From Draconibacterium orientale (lineage in GTDB: Bacteria > Bacteroidota > Bacteroidia > Bacteroidales > UBA12170): a DNA stretch of 64,000 nucleotides. The position numbers and the translations under genes are program-made. The notes under the pieces are model-generated. The model saw only the letters and a list, made by a program, of their open reading frames with translations. It ran no database searches and was not told the DNA's origin. How positions within the stretch are numbered: the stretch's first letter is position 1; each line of letters starts with the position of its first letter. Location of the stretch: the NCBI GenBank assembly GCA_020718205.1, contig DYSN01000002.1, positions 7,172 to 71,171 on the forward strand, written 5' to 3'. This document shows positions 1-9,395 of this stretch, in pieces.

Positions 1-773
1 TCATCATTCATGGCTATGGATTGCAGAAACCCGTTTTCGGTCATTCCGACAATGGTAGAGCTGAGCACATTGAATTCAACCACAGTGCTTTCTGCCTGTC
101 CGGGAATGGTGGCAGTGCCATTTAGCCCCGTCAGTGATGCCGATAAAATAGAGCTGGTGGTCCATCCGTTGGTGGTATATTGAACATAGAATTTCTCTTC
201 GGCGCAGGGTGTTTCGCTCACGGTGAAACCTACCACGGCAGCTTCGTTTTCCGAAATATCCGCCGGTACAGTAACAGTAGGAATTTCAACTGGTTCGTCA
301 GATGTTACCATAAAAATAGCTCTGGAGTCGTTATATCCCAAATCTTCCCAAACCATGGTATACCATTTGCCATTGACAACAGTGATGGTGTTATTGGTAC
401 CACCTTCCTTGGTATAGGTTTGAAGCTGATTCATGCTAACGGTAACATCGGCCCATTTGTTCTGGAAATAGTTTGTTGTAGGACCGCTGGTAAAAAGCCA
501 TTCGTAGGTTCCGGCTACCATATCGCCACCGGTAGCAGCCACATGAATGGTGGTTTGCCAGCGGGCTACGGTATTGTTGAGTTTCACCAGCCGGCCATTG
601 GTCACCTGATTTGGGTTGGCCAAAGCCAGATTGTTGGTTGGAGGATTTGTCCAATCGTTCCAGGCTCCGGGCATGTTCAGTCCTTCGGGCTCAAATATCT
701 GTGAAAACGATAATTGGGGAGTCAGGAAGAACAGTAAGTTAAGAATGATGAATCCTAAGTAAAATTTTTTCAT
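1..773 (-). CDS. Secreted carbohydrate-associated protein, paralog of 954..2237 (3' end runs off the window)
   Basis: Not in the ORF track because it is open at the window edge. My translation from ATG at 773: MKKFYLGFIILNLLFFLTPQLSFSQIFEPEGLNMPGAWNDWTNPPTNNLALA...WLFTSGPTTNYFQNKWAD...KWYTMVWEDLGY...FYVQYTTNGWTTS. This is collinear with the 427 aa neighbour. Confidence 0.85.
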   Translation of the reverse strand, partial: MKKFYLGFIILNLLFFLTPQLSFSQIFEPEGLNMPGAWNDWTNPPTNNLALANPNQVTNGRLVKLNNTVARWQTTIHVAATGGDMVAGTYEWLFTSGPTTNYFQNKWADVTVSMNQLQTYTKEGGTNNTITVVNGKWYTMVWEDLGYNDSRAIFMVTSDEPVEIPTVTVPADISENEAAVVGFTVSETPCAEEKFYVQYTTNGWTTSSILSASLTGLNGTATIPGQAESTVVEFNVLSSTIVGMTENGFLQSIAMND

Positions 774-887
774 AATATGGTTTTTTTAATATCCCCGCTT
801 AAGGGCGGAGAAAAAATTTATTGAATTAATTTAAGTTGAGAATAATCTTAATCACTTTATTTTTAATCAATTAGAGTAATAATATGA

Positions 888-941
888 ATTCCTGCTCAGC
901 TCAAAACATCCCCCTTTGGGCAATTTAAGCTGAACAGGAAT
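888..941 (-). terminator. Long stem-loop between the two paralogs (terminator or mRNA-stabilising hairpin)
   Basis: Arms attcctgctcagct (888-901) and agctgaacaggaat (928-941). The single mismatch is a G-U pair on the minus strand, giving a 14-bp stem just after the stop at 954. Confidence 0.55.
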
Positions 942-953
942 CTAAATTCTTTA

Positions 954-2237
954 TTATTTTCTATATCTGATGATGATAAAAGTGAGTGCAAACAGACCGA
1001 AGGCAGCGAAAGCCCAATTAGAGATTGGAACGGCGTTGGCCACAGTAATGGTTCCGCTCACATTGGAAGTTCCATTCCAGAAACCACCATTAAATCCGCC
1101 ATAAGAATAAGCCTGGCTCATGTATTGGTAGCGATAGGCATAAAAATAGTTTCCGGCAGCTGGGATAGCGGCACCTAAATTGGCTACAAACTCATCGTTA
1201 TTTCCGGCATCACCCTGAAATGCAGCAGGTACCCAGTTTACCCAGGTGCCGGGATTGGTATTGGTGGAGCTATAACCTATCCAGGCTTGAACATTGGCTC
1301 CCTGACCGGCGAAATTGGTAACTCCGTCGATCCACACCTGACCGTATACATTGAATGTCTGACCAACTTCTATATTTCCACTGGCAGGCCATTGCAAATT
1401 GCACCAACCAATGGTAGAAACAGGCGCGCTACCAACAACATAGCTATAGTTGGCTCCGCCATTGGTGTTTAAATTGATGGTTTGCAAATCATAATCAGTA
1501 CTTAATCCGGCCATGGTAGTGGAGAATGCATAGTATTTCACTGTGGTGCTTGTTGCAAAGCCAGGAATAGATGCTGTACCATTACTCCCTACGAAAGTTG
1601 CGGGAGCCAGAGATGAGGTTACCCAGTTGTCGGTAGTATATCGAACATAAATAATTTCTTCTGGGCTCGGTGTAGCATTGGTGGTTACTGTTATTCCCAC
1701 TGCTGTATTTGGAAGTATTGTAACAGGTACACTTACAGAGTTAATTACAACCGGTTGGTTGGTAGTTTCCATAAAGATGGCTCTAGTATTCATGTAACCG
1801 ATATCTTCCCAGTTAATGGTGTACCATTTATCGTTGGTAAGTGTTACGTGATTATCTGCACCACTGTTAAAAGAGTAGTTTTGAATGGAATTCAAGGTCA
1901 CGTTAACTCCTGCCCATTTATTAGCCCAGGGATTACCGCCCGGGCCGCTGGTGAAGAGCCAGTCGTAGCTACCACCAACCACATCGCCTCCTACAGGGGC
2001 AGCGTAGAGTTTGGTTTGCCAATGGGCATTTGTACCATTACTGATTTTTGTAACCTGACCACCCACTACCTGAGTGTAACTGGCTAAGGCCAGATTATTG
2101 GTTGGGGGATTGGTCCAGCCATTCCATTGTCCAGGTAAGCTAAGCCCTTCTGGCTCCCAGATTTGAGCAGTTGTAGTGTTCATAAAGGCTATAAAAGCCA
2201 TCATTGAAAAGAGTAAAAGAATATTAAATTTTTTCAT
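954..2237 (-). CDS. Secreted multi-domain protein with starch/alpha-glucan-associated modules and a C-terminal IPTL-CTERM-like anchor
   Basis: Signal peptide. YVRYTTDNW motif (CBM21-like). IGWCNLQWP...GNNDEF module resembling accessory domains of amylopullulanases. Ends VPISNWA + hydrophobic helix + RYRK. Confidence 0.65.
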   Translation of the reverse strand: MKKFNILLLFSMMAFIAFMNTTTAQIWEPEGLSLPGQWNGWTNPPTNNLALASYTQVVGGQVTKISNGTNAHWQTKLYAAPVGGDVVGGSYDWLFTSGPGGNPWANKWAGVNVTLNSIQNYSFNSGADNHVTLTNDKWYTINWEDIGYMNTRAIFMETTNQPVVINSVSVPVTILPNTAVGITVTTNATPSPEEIIYVRYTTDNWVTSSLAPATFVGSNGTASIPGFATSTTVKYYAFSTTMAGLSTDYDLQTINLNTNGGANYSYVVGSAPVSTIGWCNLQWPASGNIEVGQTFNVYGQVWIDGVTNFAGQGANVQAWIGYSSTNTNPGTWVNWVPAAFQGDAGNNDEFVANLGAAIPAAGNYFYAYRYQYMSQAYSYGGFNGGFWNGTSNVSGTITVANAVPISNWAFAAFGLFALTFIIIRYRK

Positions 2238-2376
2238 TTTTAAAATTTTGATTGAGTATTTGTATTGATATTGTATTAATATTTTAACTAAGATTTATCA
2301 CAATTATACACAAATAATTAACTATCAATTATTTGAACGATATTTTAATATTTCTTTTCATTGGTTTGTGTGCAAG

Positions 2377-2384
2377 CAAATTTA
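2377..2384 (-). promoter_or_regulatory. Bacteroidota -7 promoter element (TAnnTTTG)
   Basis: TAAATTTG on the minus strand, about 140 nt upstream of the ATG at 2237. Confidence 0.45.
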
Positions 2385-2445
2385 AAAAAATTTGTGAATA
2401 AAGGTGCTGCTGTTCATTATTTTATGGATTTTGTTTCACTTTTAC

Positions 2446-2457
2446 GGAATCGGTTGC
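2446..2457. promoter_or_regulatory. Candidate LacI-family operator
   Basis: GGAATCGGTTGC fits the LacI/GalR pattern GnAAnCGnTTnC and lies upstream of the carbohydrate-associated genes. Confidence 0.35.
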
Positions 2458-2596
2458 ATATAAAAGGTCTCATTAAGCAAATGGGAATTGTCCCAGTGAA
2501 TATAATTTTTAAAGCTAATGATGTGAAATAAAAATCTCTAATTTCGTTCCAACAAATGAAATCCGTCTAAATCTAAAGAAACTTGAACAATAATTC

Positions 2597-3661
2597 ATGG
2601 CACGAATCGTAAAAAAACAACGCAAAGACATAGGCATTTCACCCGACGCACTCTTGTTCAGGGGTGAAAAGAGAAACGATGAAGTAACCCTAAAAATGCT
2701 TCAGTATGGAGGAGGCGAAGTGGTTGAAAAAAGCCTGCAAACTGTGGGCGAATTGAAGAAATATGCCGAAAACAAATCAATGGTCTGGTTTAGCATCAAT
2801 GGCATCCACAACCCCATCATTATGGAGGAAATATCGCAGCTGTTCAACATTGATTCCCTGGCCTTATCGGAGATAATGAATCCGCACAGCAGACCAAAAA
2901 TTCAAGAGTTTAGTAACTGTATTGTGTTGTCGGCCAGAGTCATAGACATAAACGAGAAGACCAACGAACTACTCAACGAGAATCTGAGTCTTGTCATCAT
3001 GCAAAATAGCCTGTTCAGCTTTCATGAGACAAACGACGCAGTTTTTGAGCCCGTTAAAGAACGGATTCGACAGCAAAGAAAACGAATTGTAGAATCGGGC
3101 CCCGATTATCTGGCTTTTGCCCTTCTCGATGTGGCAATCGACCATTATATCTATGTTGTGGGAGTTTTGGGCAATCATATTGAAGCTTTAGACAATGCCG
3201 TTCTTCGCACTCAAACGCCAAAAATTGTGGAGCAGATCCGTTTTTTCAAAATAGAGTTGAACTATTTCCGCAAAAGCATACTTCCTGCCAAAGAAATGCT
3301 CATGTCGCTCTCGAAACTCGACAACGACCTCGTTGCCGAAACCAACGATATTCACTATAAAGAACTGATTGACAATATTAACCAAGCATTAGAGTCATCT
3401 GATACCTATCGACAGATTTTGAGCGACCAACTGAATGTTTACCACAGTTTGATCAGCAGCAAGCTCAACGACATTATGAAATTTCTCACCATTTTTTCGG
3501 TCATTTTTATTCCGCTCACTTTTATCGTGGGTATTTATGGAACCAATTTCGACTATGTGCCGGAGCTGCATTTTAAATACAGCTATTTTATAATGTGGGG
3601 AATTATGATTGTTCTTACAGCGGGAATGCTCTACTATTTTAAAAAGAAGCGATGGCTCTAA
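2597..3661 (+). CDS. corA: Magnesium/cobalt transporter CorA
   Basis: RPK motif, C-terminal two TM helices with PLTFIVGIYGTNF (GMN-type motif) and PEL, ends KKKRWL. Confidence 0.93.
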   Translation: MARIVKKQRKDIGISPDALLFRGEKRNDEVTLKMLQYGGGEVVEKSLQTVGELKKYAENKSMVWFSINGIHNPIIMEEISQLFNIDSLALSEIMNPHSRPKIQEFSNCIVLSARVIDINEKTNELLNENLSLVIMQNSLFSFHETNDAVFEPVKERIRQQRKRIVESGPDYLAFALLDVAIDHYIYVVGVLGNHIEALDNAVLRTQTPKIVEQIRFFKIELNYFRKSILPAKEMLMSLSKLDNDLVAETNDIHYKELIDNINQALESSDTYRQILSDQLNVYHSLISSKLNDIMKFLTIFSVIFIPLTFIVGIYGTNFDYVPELHFKYSYFIMWGIMIVLTAGMLYYFKKKRWL

Positions 3662-3671
3662 ACACCTGTTA

Positions 3672-4052
3672 TCAAGGCTTTCCGGGGAAATTATCCACGA
3701 ATTTAACTTTGATATCGGCAAAATGTTCCACCACCTGAACCTTAACATCGGGAAAATCCTGAACTATTTGCCATTCCCCACAATTGTCGGGGAAATGGTC
3801 AACGAGCTTTACTTTTAAATCGGGAAAATTCTCAACCACCTGAATTTTAATATCGGGGAAATTCTCCACAAACTTGATTTTTCCGTGAAGAGGAAAGCCT
3901 TTGAAAGTGCATTTCCCGAAATCGACTTTCTCTTCGGGCACCGAGCAGGAACTGTTTCCGGGGGTGGGCACACAATCGGCTGGAGAGAATCCAATGGCTG
4001 CAAAAACCAGGAGAGATAAGATAAACGGAATCAAATATTTAAGTAGTTTCAT
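3672..4052 (-). CDS. Small secreted protein of about six V-x-x-F-[PA]-[DG] repeats (Septknot/DUF6150-like)
   Basis: Signal peptide, then VENFPDIKIQV VENFPDLKVKL VDHFPDNCGEWQI VQDFPDVKVQV VEHFADIKVKF VDNFPG. Confidence 0.7.
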   Translation of the reverse strand: MKLLKYLIPFILSLLVFAAIGFSPADCVPTPGNSSCSVPEEKVDFGKCTFKGFPLHGKIKFVENFPDIKIQVVENFPDLKVKLVDHFPDNCGEWQIVQDFPDVKVQVVEHFADIKVKFVDNFPGKP

Positions 4053-4279
4053 GATAAATATACTTTTTCAAAACCAGGAAGTGTAAACCTTAGGTGAATG
4101 TTGCATTTTAAACCACAGTTTATTTATTTGAACGATGAATTTTCTTAAGCACATTCAATTTTCAAAGATATCTTTTTTGTCACCAAATTATGGTCAAATT
4201 AAAAAAATAATTGGAAAGTGACTATTTTTAAGGTTCCAATTACCCTAAAACAAAATGTGCTATATTTGAATTATATTTT

Positions 4280-4693
4280 GTGGATATGACGCAACCATTA
4301 ATTGTAGATGTTGAAAAAGCTATTAATGCATGGATCAGCTCTTCGGATAGCAATTATGAAGAGATGATGGATTTTTTCAATATCGGCAGAAATAATTGGG
4401 CACTTTTTATAGGGCATTTGTGTATTGAAAAATTATTAAAGGCTTATTATATAAAAGTACACCATTCTCATTAAATGAATTTGCATAATTTAGCCAGAAT
4501 TTCTGAATTGTCAAATATAGAGCTTACGGTAGAGCAGAAGTCAGATTTTTCTATGATCACTACATTCAATATATCAGCAAGATATGATGATTATAAGCAA
4601 AATTTTTATAGAAAATGTACTCCTGAATTCACTAAATTATGGATTGAGAAAATAAAAAATTACAGGCTATGGATAAAGGGATTAATACAATAA
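4280..4693 (+). pseudogene. HEPN-domain protein interrupted by an in-frame TAA at 4472-4474
   Basis: 4280..4474 (WALFIGHLCIEKLLKAYY) and 4475..4693 (LHNLARI...FNISARYDDY) are in the same frame and together form one ~137 aa HEPN domain. Confidence 0.8.
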
Positions 4694-4986
4694 TTAACGA
4701 GTATATTCTCTACTTACAAAAGTCAAAACTAAAGTTTGGCAAGGTTTTTCTTTTTGGGTCTTATGCTAAAAACAAGCAATCGGATTATAGCGACATTGAT
4801 TTGGCCTTTATTTTCGACGAAGGCGAAAAAATAGATTATTTTGATTTACAGGTTCAAATGTTGACTTTAGCCGCCGATATTGATACGAGAATAGAACCAC
4901 ATCCCATGAGTTCCGAAGATTTTAACCCTGATAATCCACTGGCATTTGAGATTATAAATACAGGCAAAGAAATTCATTTCCAATAA
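4669..4986 (+). CDS. Minimal nucleotidyltransferase (MNT) antitoxin-like protein
   Basis: LFGSYAK...SDIDLA motif, 105 aa, overlaps the end of the HEPN gene. Confidence 0.88.
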   Translation: MDKGINTIINEYILYLQKSKLKFGKVFLFGSYAKNKQSDYSDIDLAFIFDEGEKIDYFDLQVQMLTLAADIDTRIEPHPMSSEDFNPDNPLAFEIINTGKEIHFQ

Positions 4987-5217
4987 ACTAATTTACCTGT
5001 TGAAAAGCTGTTTCTAAAAACAATGGGTTTGAGAAGTCTGGTTAAATTTGATGTTATCGCTAAATTCTTAAGCTTTTATTCTGCCGGTGCAATTCAAAAG
5101 CATCCAACCCCCGGTCATTTATTATCTCAAACGCATTCCTGAATTAAAAATTTTGTTTTTTCGCCATTCAAAATGACGATTTAATACTTTTGACCTTTAT
5201 TTTAAAACCAACAAAAG

Positions 5218-6894
5218 ATGCATCCTGCAAAGTCTATTAAAATCTTTATAGAAAACAATCAAACCACTCATGAATATCCCCTCGGAACCTCGCTCCACGA
5301 AATAGCGCTGGATCAGAAAATAGAAACCGGCAATCCGATTTTGGGGGCTATGGTAAACCACAAACTCAAAGAGCTTAGCTACGAGATATACAAGCCGAAA
5401 ACCATCCGCTTTCTCGACTATGGCCACACCGATGGCCGGCGCATGTATCAGCGTTCGCTCTCTTTTGTGCTCTTTATGGCCGCCTGGCAGCTGTATCCAC
5501 AATATAAGCTACACATTAAGTATTCGGTGGCCAATGGCTTGTTTTGCCAACTCGAAGGACTCGATGAAGAATCAGATTATCAAGAAATTACTAAAAATCT
5601 AGGCAAGAGAATGAAGGAAATTGTGGCCGGAAATCTGCCCTTCGACCGTGAAGAAATTCCCACCACCGAAGCCATCGAAATATTCGAAAAATTTGGGCTT
5701 CACGACAAAAGCGAGCTGCTCAAAACGCGAAAACAATTCTATACTTCGGTTTATAAACTGAACGGGGTTATCAACTATTTTTATGGCCATCTGGTTCCAT
5801 CTACAGGCTATTTGAGTGTTTTCGAACTCAGACCCTTCAATGGCGGAATGCTGCTTTTGCCCCCGAAACAAGAAACACCGCTCGAAGTGGAAGAAGTTGA
5901 AAAGCAGGACAAGCTGATGGAAGTTTTTCAGGAGTTTAAGGAATGGGTAAAAATTCTGGGTGTTCCCAATATTGGTCGACTCAACCAAATGATTCCGGAA
6001 AATAAAATTGGGGATATTATAAAAATTGCCGAAGCGCTTCAGGAGAAAAAACTGGGGTGCATAGCCGATAGAATTCATCAGCGGAAAGATGTGAAAGTCG
6101 CCCTGATTTCCGGCCCTTCGTCATCGGGAAAAACCACTTTTGCCAAGCGTCTGGCCGTTCAACTTCAGGTTATTGGCTACCAAACGGTAATTCTGAGCAT
6201 GGACAATTATTTCGTAAACCGCGAACTCACCCCACTTGACAAAAACGGCGATTACGATTTCGAAAATCCACTGGCTCTTGATATTCAGCTATTCAATGAA
6301 AACATGTTCGATATGTTTGCGGGGAAAGAAGTGGAAATTCCTTCGTTTTCCTTTGCCACCGGAACCCGGTCGTATAACGGCAACAAGCTGAAAATGACCG
6401 ACAACAGCATTATTCTGGTCGAAGGAATTCACGGGCTCAACCCCATGATGACCGAAATGATTCCTGCCAGTCAAAAATATAAAATTTATGTTTCGGCCCT
6501 CACTCCCATCAGCATCGACTCCACCAACCGCATTCACACCACCGATAACCGACTGATTCGCCGCATGATACGCGATTTTCGCTACCGCGGCTACTCGGCA
6601 CTTGATACGCTTCAACGATGGCCTAGTGTGCGCGAAGGCGAAGAGAAACATATTTTCCCCTATCAGGAAGAAGCCGATGTGATGTTTAATACGGCCCTTA
6701 TTTATGAGCTGGGGGTTTTGAAATTCTGGGCCGAGCCCATTCTCAGCGAAGTTCCTCCCATTGCTCCCGAGTATTCCGAAGCCCGCCGACTGCTCAAATT
6801 CCTGAGCTATATTACCCCCATCAGCACCAAAGAAATACCACCAACTTCAATCCTCCGCGAGTTTTTAACTGGCAGCAGCTTTAGCTACAGTTAG
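5218..6894 (+). CDS. Nucleoside (uridine) kinase family protein with a ThrRS-like N-terminal region
   Basis: P-loop SGPSSSGKTT, VEGIHGLN, RLIRRMIRD. N-terminal half resembles the TGS/editing region of ThrRS. Confidence 0.88.
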   Translation: MHPAKSIKIFIENNQTTHEYPLGTSLHEIALDQKIETGNPILGAMVNHKLKELSYEIYKPKTIRFLDYGHTDGRRMYQRSLSFVLFMAAWQLYPQYKLHIKYSVANGLFCQLEGLDEESDYQEITKNLGKRMKEIVAGNLPFDREEIPTTEAIEIFEKFGLHDKSELLKTRKQFYTSVYKLNGVINYFYGHLVPSTGYLSVFELRPFNGGMLLLPPKQETPLEVEEVEKQDKLMEVFQEFKEWVKILGVPNIGRLNQMIPENKIGDIIKIAEALQEKKLGCIADRIHQRKDVKVALISGPSSSGKTTFAKRLAVQLQVIGYQTVILSMDNYFVNRELTPLDKNGDYDFENPLALDIQLFNENMFDMFAGKEVEIPSFSFATGTRSYNGNKLKMTDNSIILVEGIHGLNPMMTEMIPASQKYKIYVSALTPISIDSTNRIHTTDNRLIRRMIRDFRYRGYSALDTLQRWPSVREGEEKHIFPYQEEADVMFNTALIYELGVLKFWAEPILSEVPPIAPEYSEARRLLKFLSYITPISTKEIPPTSILREFLTGSSFSYS

Positions 6895-7013
6895 TTCGGT
6901 TGATTAATAAGGTTCGTGACCCATTTTTTTAATCCCACTCTATTTCTTCAATCATTGGCAGGTTTTTCACAAATTTTGCCACTGATTTTTACTATTTTTG
7001 CAGCGCTTGAACT

Positions 7014-7568
7014 ATGGAACAAATTCTAACATATTTTATTCCCATTCTGGTGGGCATGGACATTTTCTTTTTATCCATTGCCGGTGGCGTAACCCTGCGA
7101 CCCTATGAATGGCCGATGACTGCAAAAATCAGTACCATCCTGGCCGCGGTGGCTTTACTGTCAGCGATTTTGGGATTGGTTTTCGCCAATATATTCCGTC
7201 CGATGGTTTCTGATTTTTCCGAATGGATCGGATTTTTTCTGATAGCCTTTGTGGGTGTAAAATTTATGGGCGATGCCCGAAGCATCAAAAACGAACAGCG
7301 AACTTATGTGCTGGATGACAATAAGATACTATGGTCGGTAGCAGCCGCAGCCTCGTTTAGCTATCTCTTGATTTTTTTTGGTCTTGGGCTGTTAGGCCAA
7401 CTTTCTAACCACTCTGTGATAACAGTTTTTGTTTCCATTCTTGTTTTATCTCAGGTTGGTTTGTTCCTTGGCAGTCATTACCGTCCTGTGAAGCTGGGTA
7501 GATTCACTAAATTTGCAGGTGGCTTGCTCATCAGCGTTCTTGTAATAACTTGTTATTTTTTAAAATAA
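7014..7568 (+). CDS. MntP-family manganese efflux membrane protein
   Basis: GMDIFFLSIAGG (a variant of the MntP MDAFAVS motif), about six TM helices, 184 aa. Confidence 0.65.
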   Translation: MEQILTYFIPILVGMDIFFLSIAGGVTLRPYEWPMTAKISTILAAVALLSAILGLVFANIFRPMVSDFSEWIGFFLIAFVGVKFMGDARSIKNEQRTYVLDDNKILWSVAAAASFSYLLIFFGLGLLGQLSNHSVITVFVSILVLSQVGLFLGSHYRPVKLGRFTKFAGGLLISVLVITCYFLK

Positions 7569-7632
7569 CCCCTTATAAAATAGATCTTTTATACCCAAAA
7601 ACTTTAAAATCAATCATTAAACTGATTCGCTC

Positions 7633-8700
7633 ATGAAAAAATTCTACATGATTCTATTGGCCGGCCTGATATTCAACACTCTGTTGCAGGCTCAAATTCC
7701 CAATGGCTATTATAATTCTGCTGCCGGACTCGAAGGAACCGCCTTGAGAGCAGCCTTACACAATATCATAGACAATCATACTTCGCTGAGCTATGGCGAT
7801 ATTTATGATATTCTGGATCAGACCGACCAGAAATCGAACGGAAAAGTTTGGGATATGTACTCTGATATTCCCGGTGGGACGCCACCTTACGAGTACACCT
7901 TTTTCACCAACGAATGTGGCAACTACAACAGCGAAGGCGATTGCTATAACAAGGAACACAGCTGGCCCAAAAGCTGGTTTGGCGGGGAAGTTTATCCCAT
8001 GTATTCCGATTTGTTCCAAATTGTTCCTACCGATGGCTGGGTGAACAACAAACGCTCCAACTATCCTTACGGTGAGGTGGGAAGTGCTTCGTGGACTTCA
8101 CTCAACGGCAGCAAATTAGGCAGCTGTAATGTTTCGGGCTATTCCGGAACTGTTTTCGAACCCATCGACGAGTATAAGGGCGATTTTGCCAGGGGATATT
8201 TTTACATGTCGACCCGTTACTATAACGAAGACAGCGGATGGCCCGGAAGTGATATGGTGGATGGAGCCGACATAAAACCCTGGGCGCTGGCCATGTTGCT
8301 TCAATGGCATTATAACGACCCCGTTTCGACCAAGGAAACCAACCGTTGCAATGCCGTTTATCAGTTGCAAAACAACAGAAACCCCTTTATCGACCATCCG
8401 GAATATGCAGCCTATATCTGGGATCCTGAATCGGCGGTTGATGAGCTCAGTTTTGAAAATCGCTTCCATATTTATTTCTCCGACAATAGGCAGTTACTCC
8501 ATATCAACGCTCTCGAAGTTGGACATCTTGGCGATAATGAACTCAAGGTCTTTAGTTTAACCGGACAAGTTATCTTTTCGGACGAAATCAGCACAACAAA
8601 TTACGAGCTCAATGTAAGCTCCTTAGCTTCGGGATGTTATGTGGTTCAAATTGTGGTGAAAGAAAGTCAGCAATTATTTCATTCAAAAATTATTAAATAG
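7633..8700 (+). CDS. Secreted endonuclease I family nuclease with a T9SS C-terminal domain
   Basis: YNKEHSWPKSW, NNKRSNYPY, FEPIDEYKGDFARGYFYM, QNNRNPFIDHPE. CTD-like tail (VFSLTGQ...LASGCYVV...KIIK). Confidence 0.9.
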   Translation: MKKFYMILLAGLIFNTLLQAQIPNGYYNSAAGLEGTALRAALHNIIDNHTSLSYGDIYDILDQTDQKSNGKVWDMYSDIPGGTPPYEYTFFTNECGNYNSEGDCYNKEHSWPKSWFGGEVYPMYSDLFQIVPTDGWVNNKRSNYPYGEVGSASWTSLNGSKLGSCNVSGYSGTVFEPIDEYKGDFARGYFYMSTRYYNEDSGWPGSDMVDGADIKPWALAMLLQWHYNDPVSTKETNRCNAVYQLQNNRNPFIDHPEYAAYIWDPESAVDELSFENRFHIYFSDNRQLLHINALEVGHLGDNELKVFSLTGQVIFSDEISTTNYELNVSSLASGCYVVQIVVKESQQLFHSKIIK

Positions 8701-9149
8701 TGGCAAAAATCAGAATTACCAAAGAATTTAAATTCGAGACTGCTCATGCCCTTATGGGATATGATGGGTTGTGCAAACATATTCACGGACACTCCTATTC
8801 GCTTCTGGTAACCGTGATTGGTATACCCATTGACGACGAAACCTACCCAAAACTGGGGATGGTGATGGATTTTGGCGATTTGAAAAAAATTGTGCGCAAA
8901 GCCATTGTCGACGAGTTCGATCACAGCCTGATTCTCAACGAGAAAGGGCCCAAGTCGCATATTTTAAAAAAGAGCGACGAGATGTTTCAGCGGGTTATCA
9001 CGGTACCCTACCAGCCCACCAGTGAGCTCATGCTTGTTGACTTTGCCCAGCGAATCATCCCTCTTTTGCCCCCCAATGTGAAACTGCACCACATGCTTCT
9101 TCGCGAAACCGTTACCAGCTATGCCGAGTGGTTTGATGAAGATCAGTAG
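8700..9149 (+). CDS. queD: 6-carboxytetrahydropterin synthase (QueD/PTPS)
   Basis: FETAHAL, CKHIHGHSY, GMVMDFGDLK, PTSE, ET motifs. GTG start. Confidence 0.9.
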   Translation: MAKIRITKEFKFETAHALMGYDGLCKHIHGHSYSLLVTVIGIPIDDETYPKLGMVMDFGDLKKIVRKAIVDEFDHSLILNEKGPKSHILKKSDEMFQRVITVPYQPTSELMLVDFAQRIIPLLPPNVKLHHMLLRETVTSYAEWFDEDQ

Positions 9150-9395
9150 AATCCAAAAGTAGTTAGCATTTATATGACATTGACTTTCAATTAAATACCT
9201 ATTTGGGTTTAGGATTGAACGATGGGGTGGATGGGCTGATTTCTCATTACAATCATCTGGTTTTCATATTACTGAATCACATTTGCAGCGATTATTAACA
9301 ATTACAATCAAGGCAATTCTAAATTTATGAATTAAAATATTTTTCCTTGACCATAATTTTATTATGTTTGCCTGTTAACAAAAAAACATAATACA

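Noticed and set aside
180-704. 174 aa plus-strand ORF
   Set aside because: Antisense shadow of the real minus-strand gene starting at 773.
3680-3885. Recurring ggaaa[at]tt/cgggaaaa units that could suggest a CRISPR or DNA repeat array
   Set aside because: They encode the NFPD protein repeats; there is no constant repeat-spacer structure.
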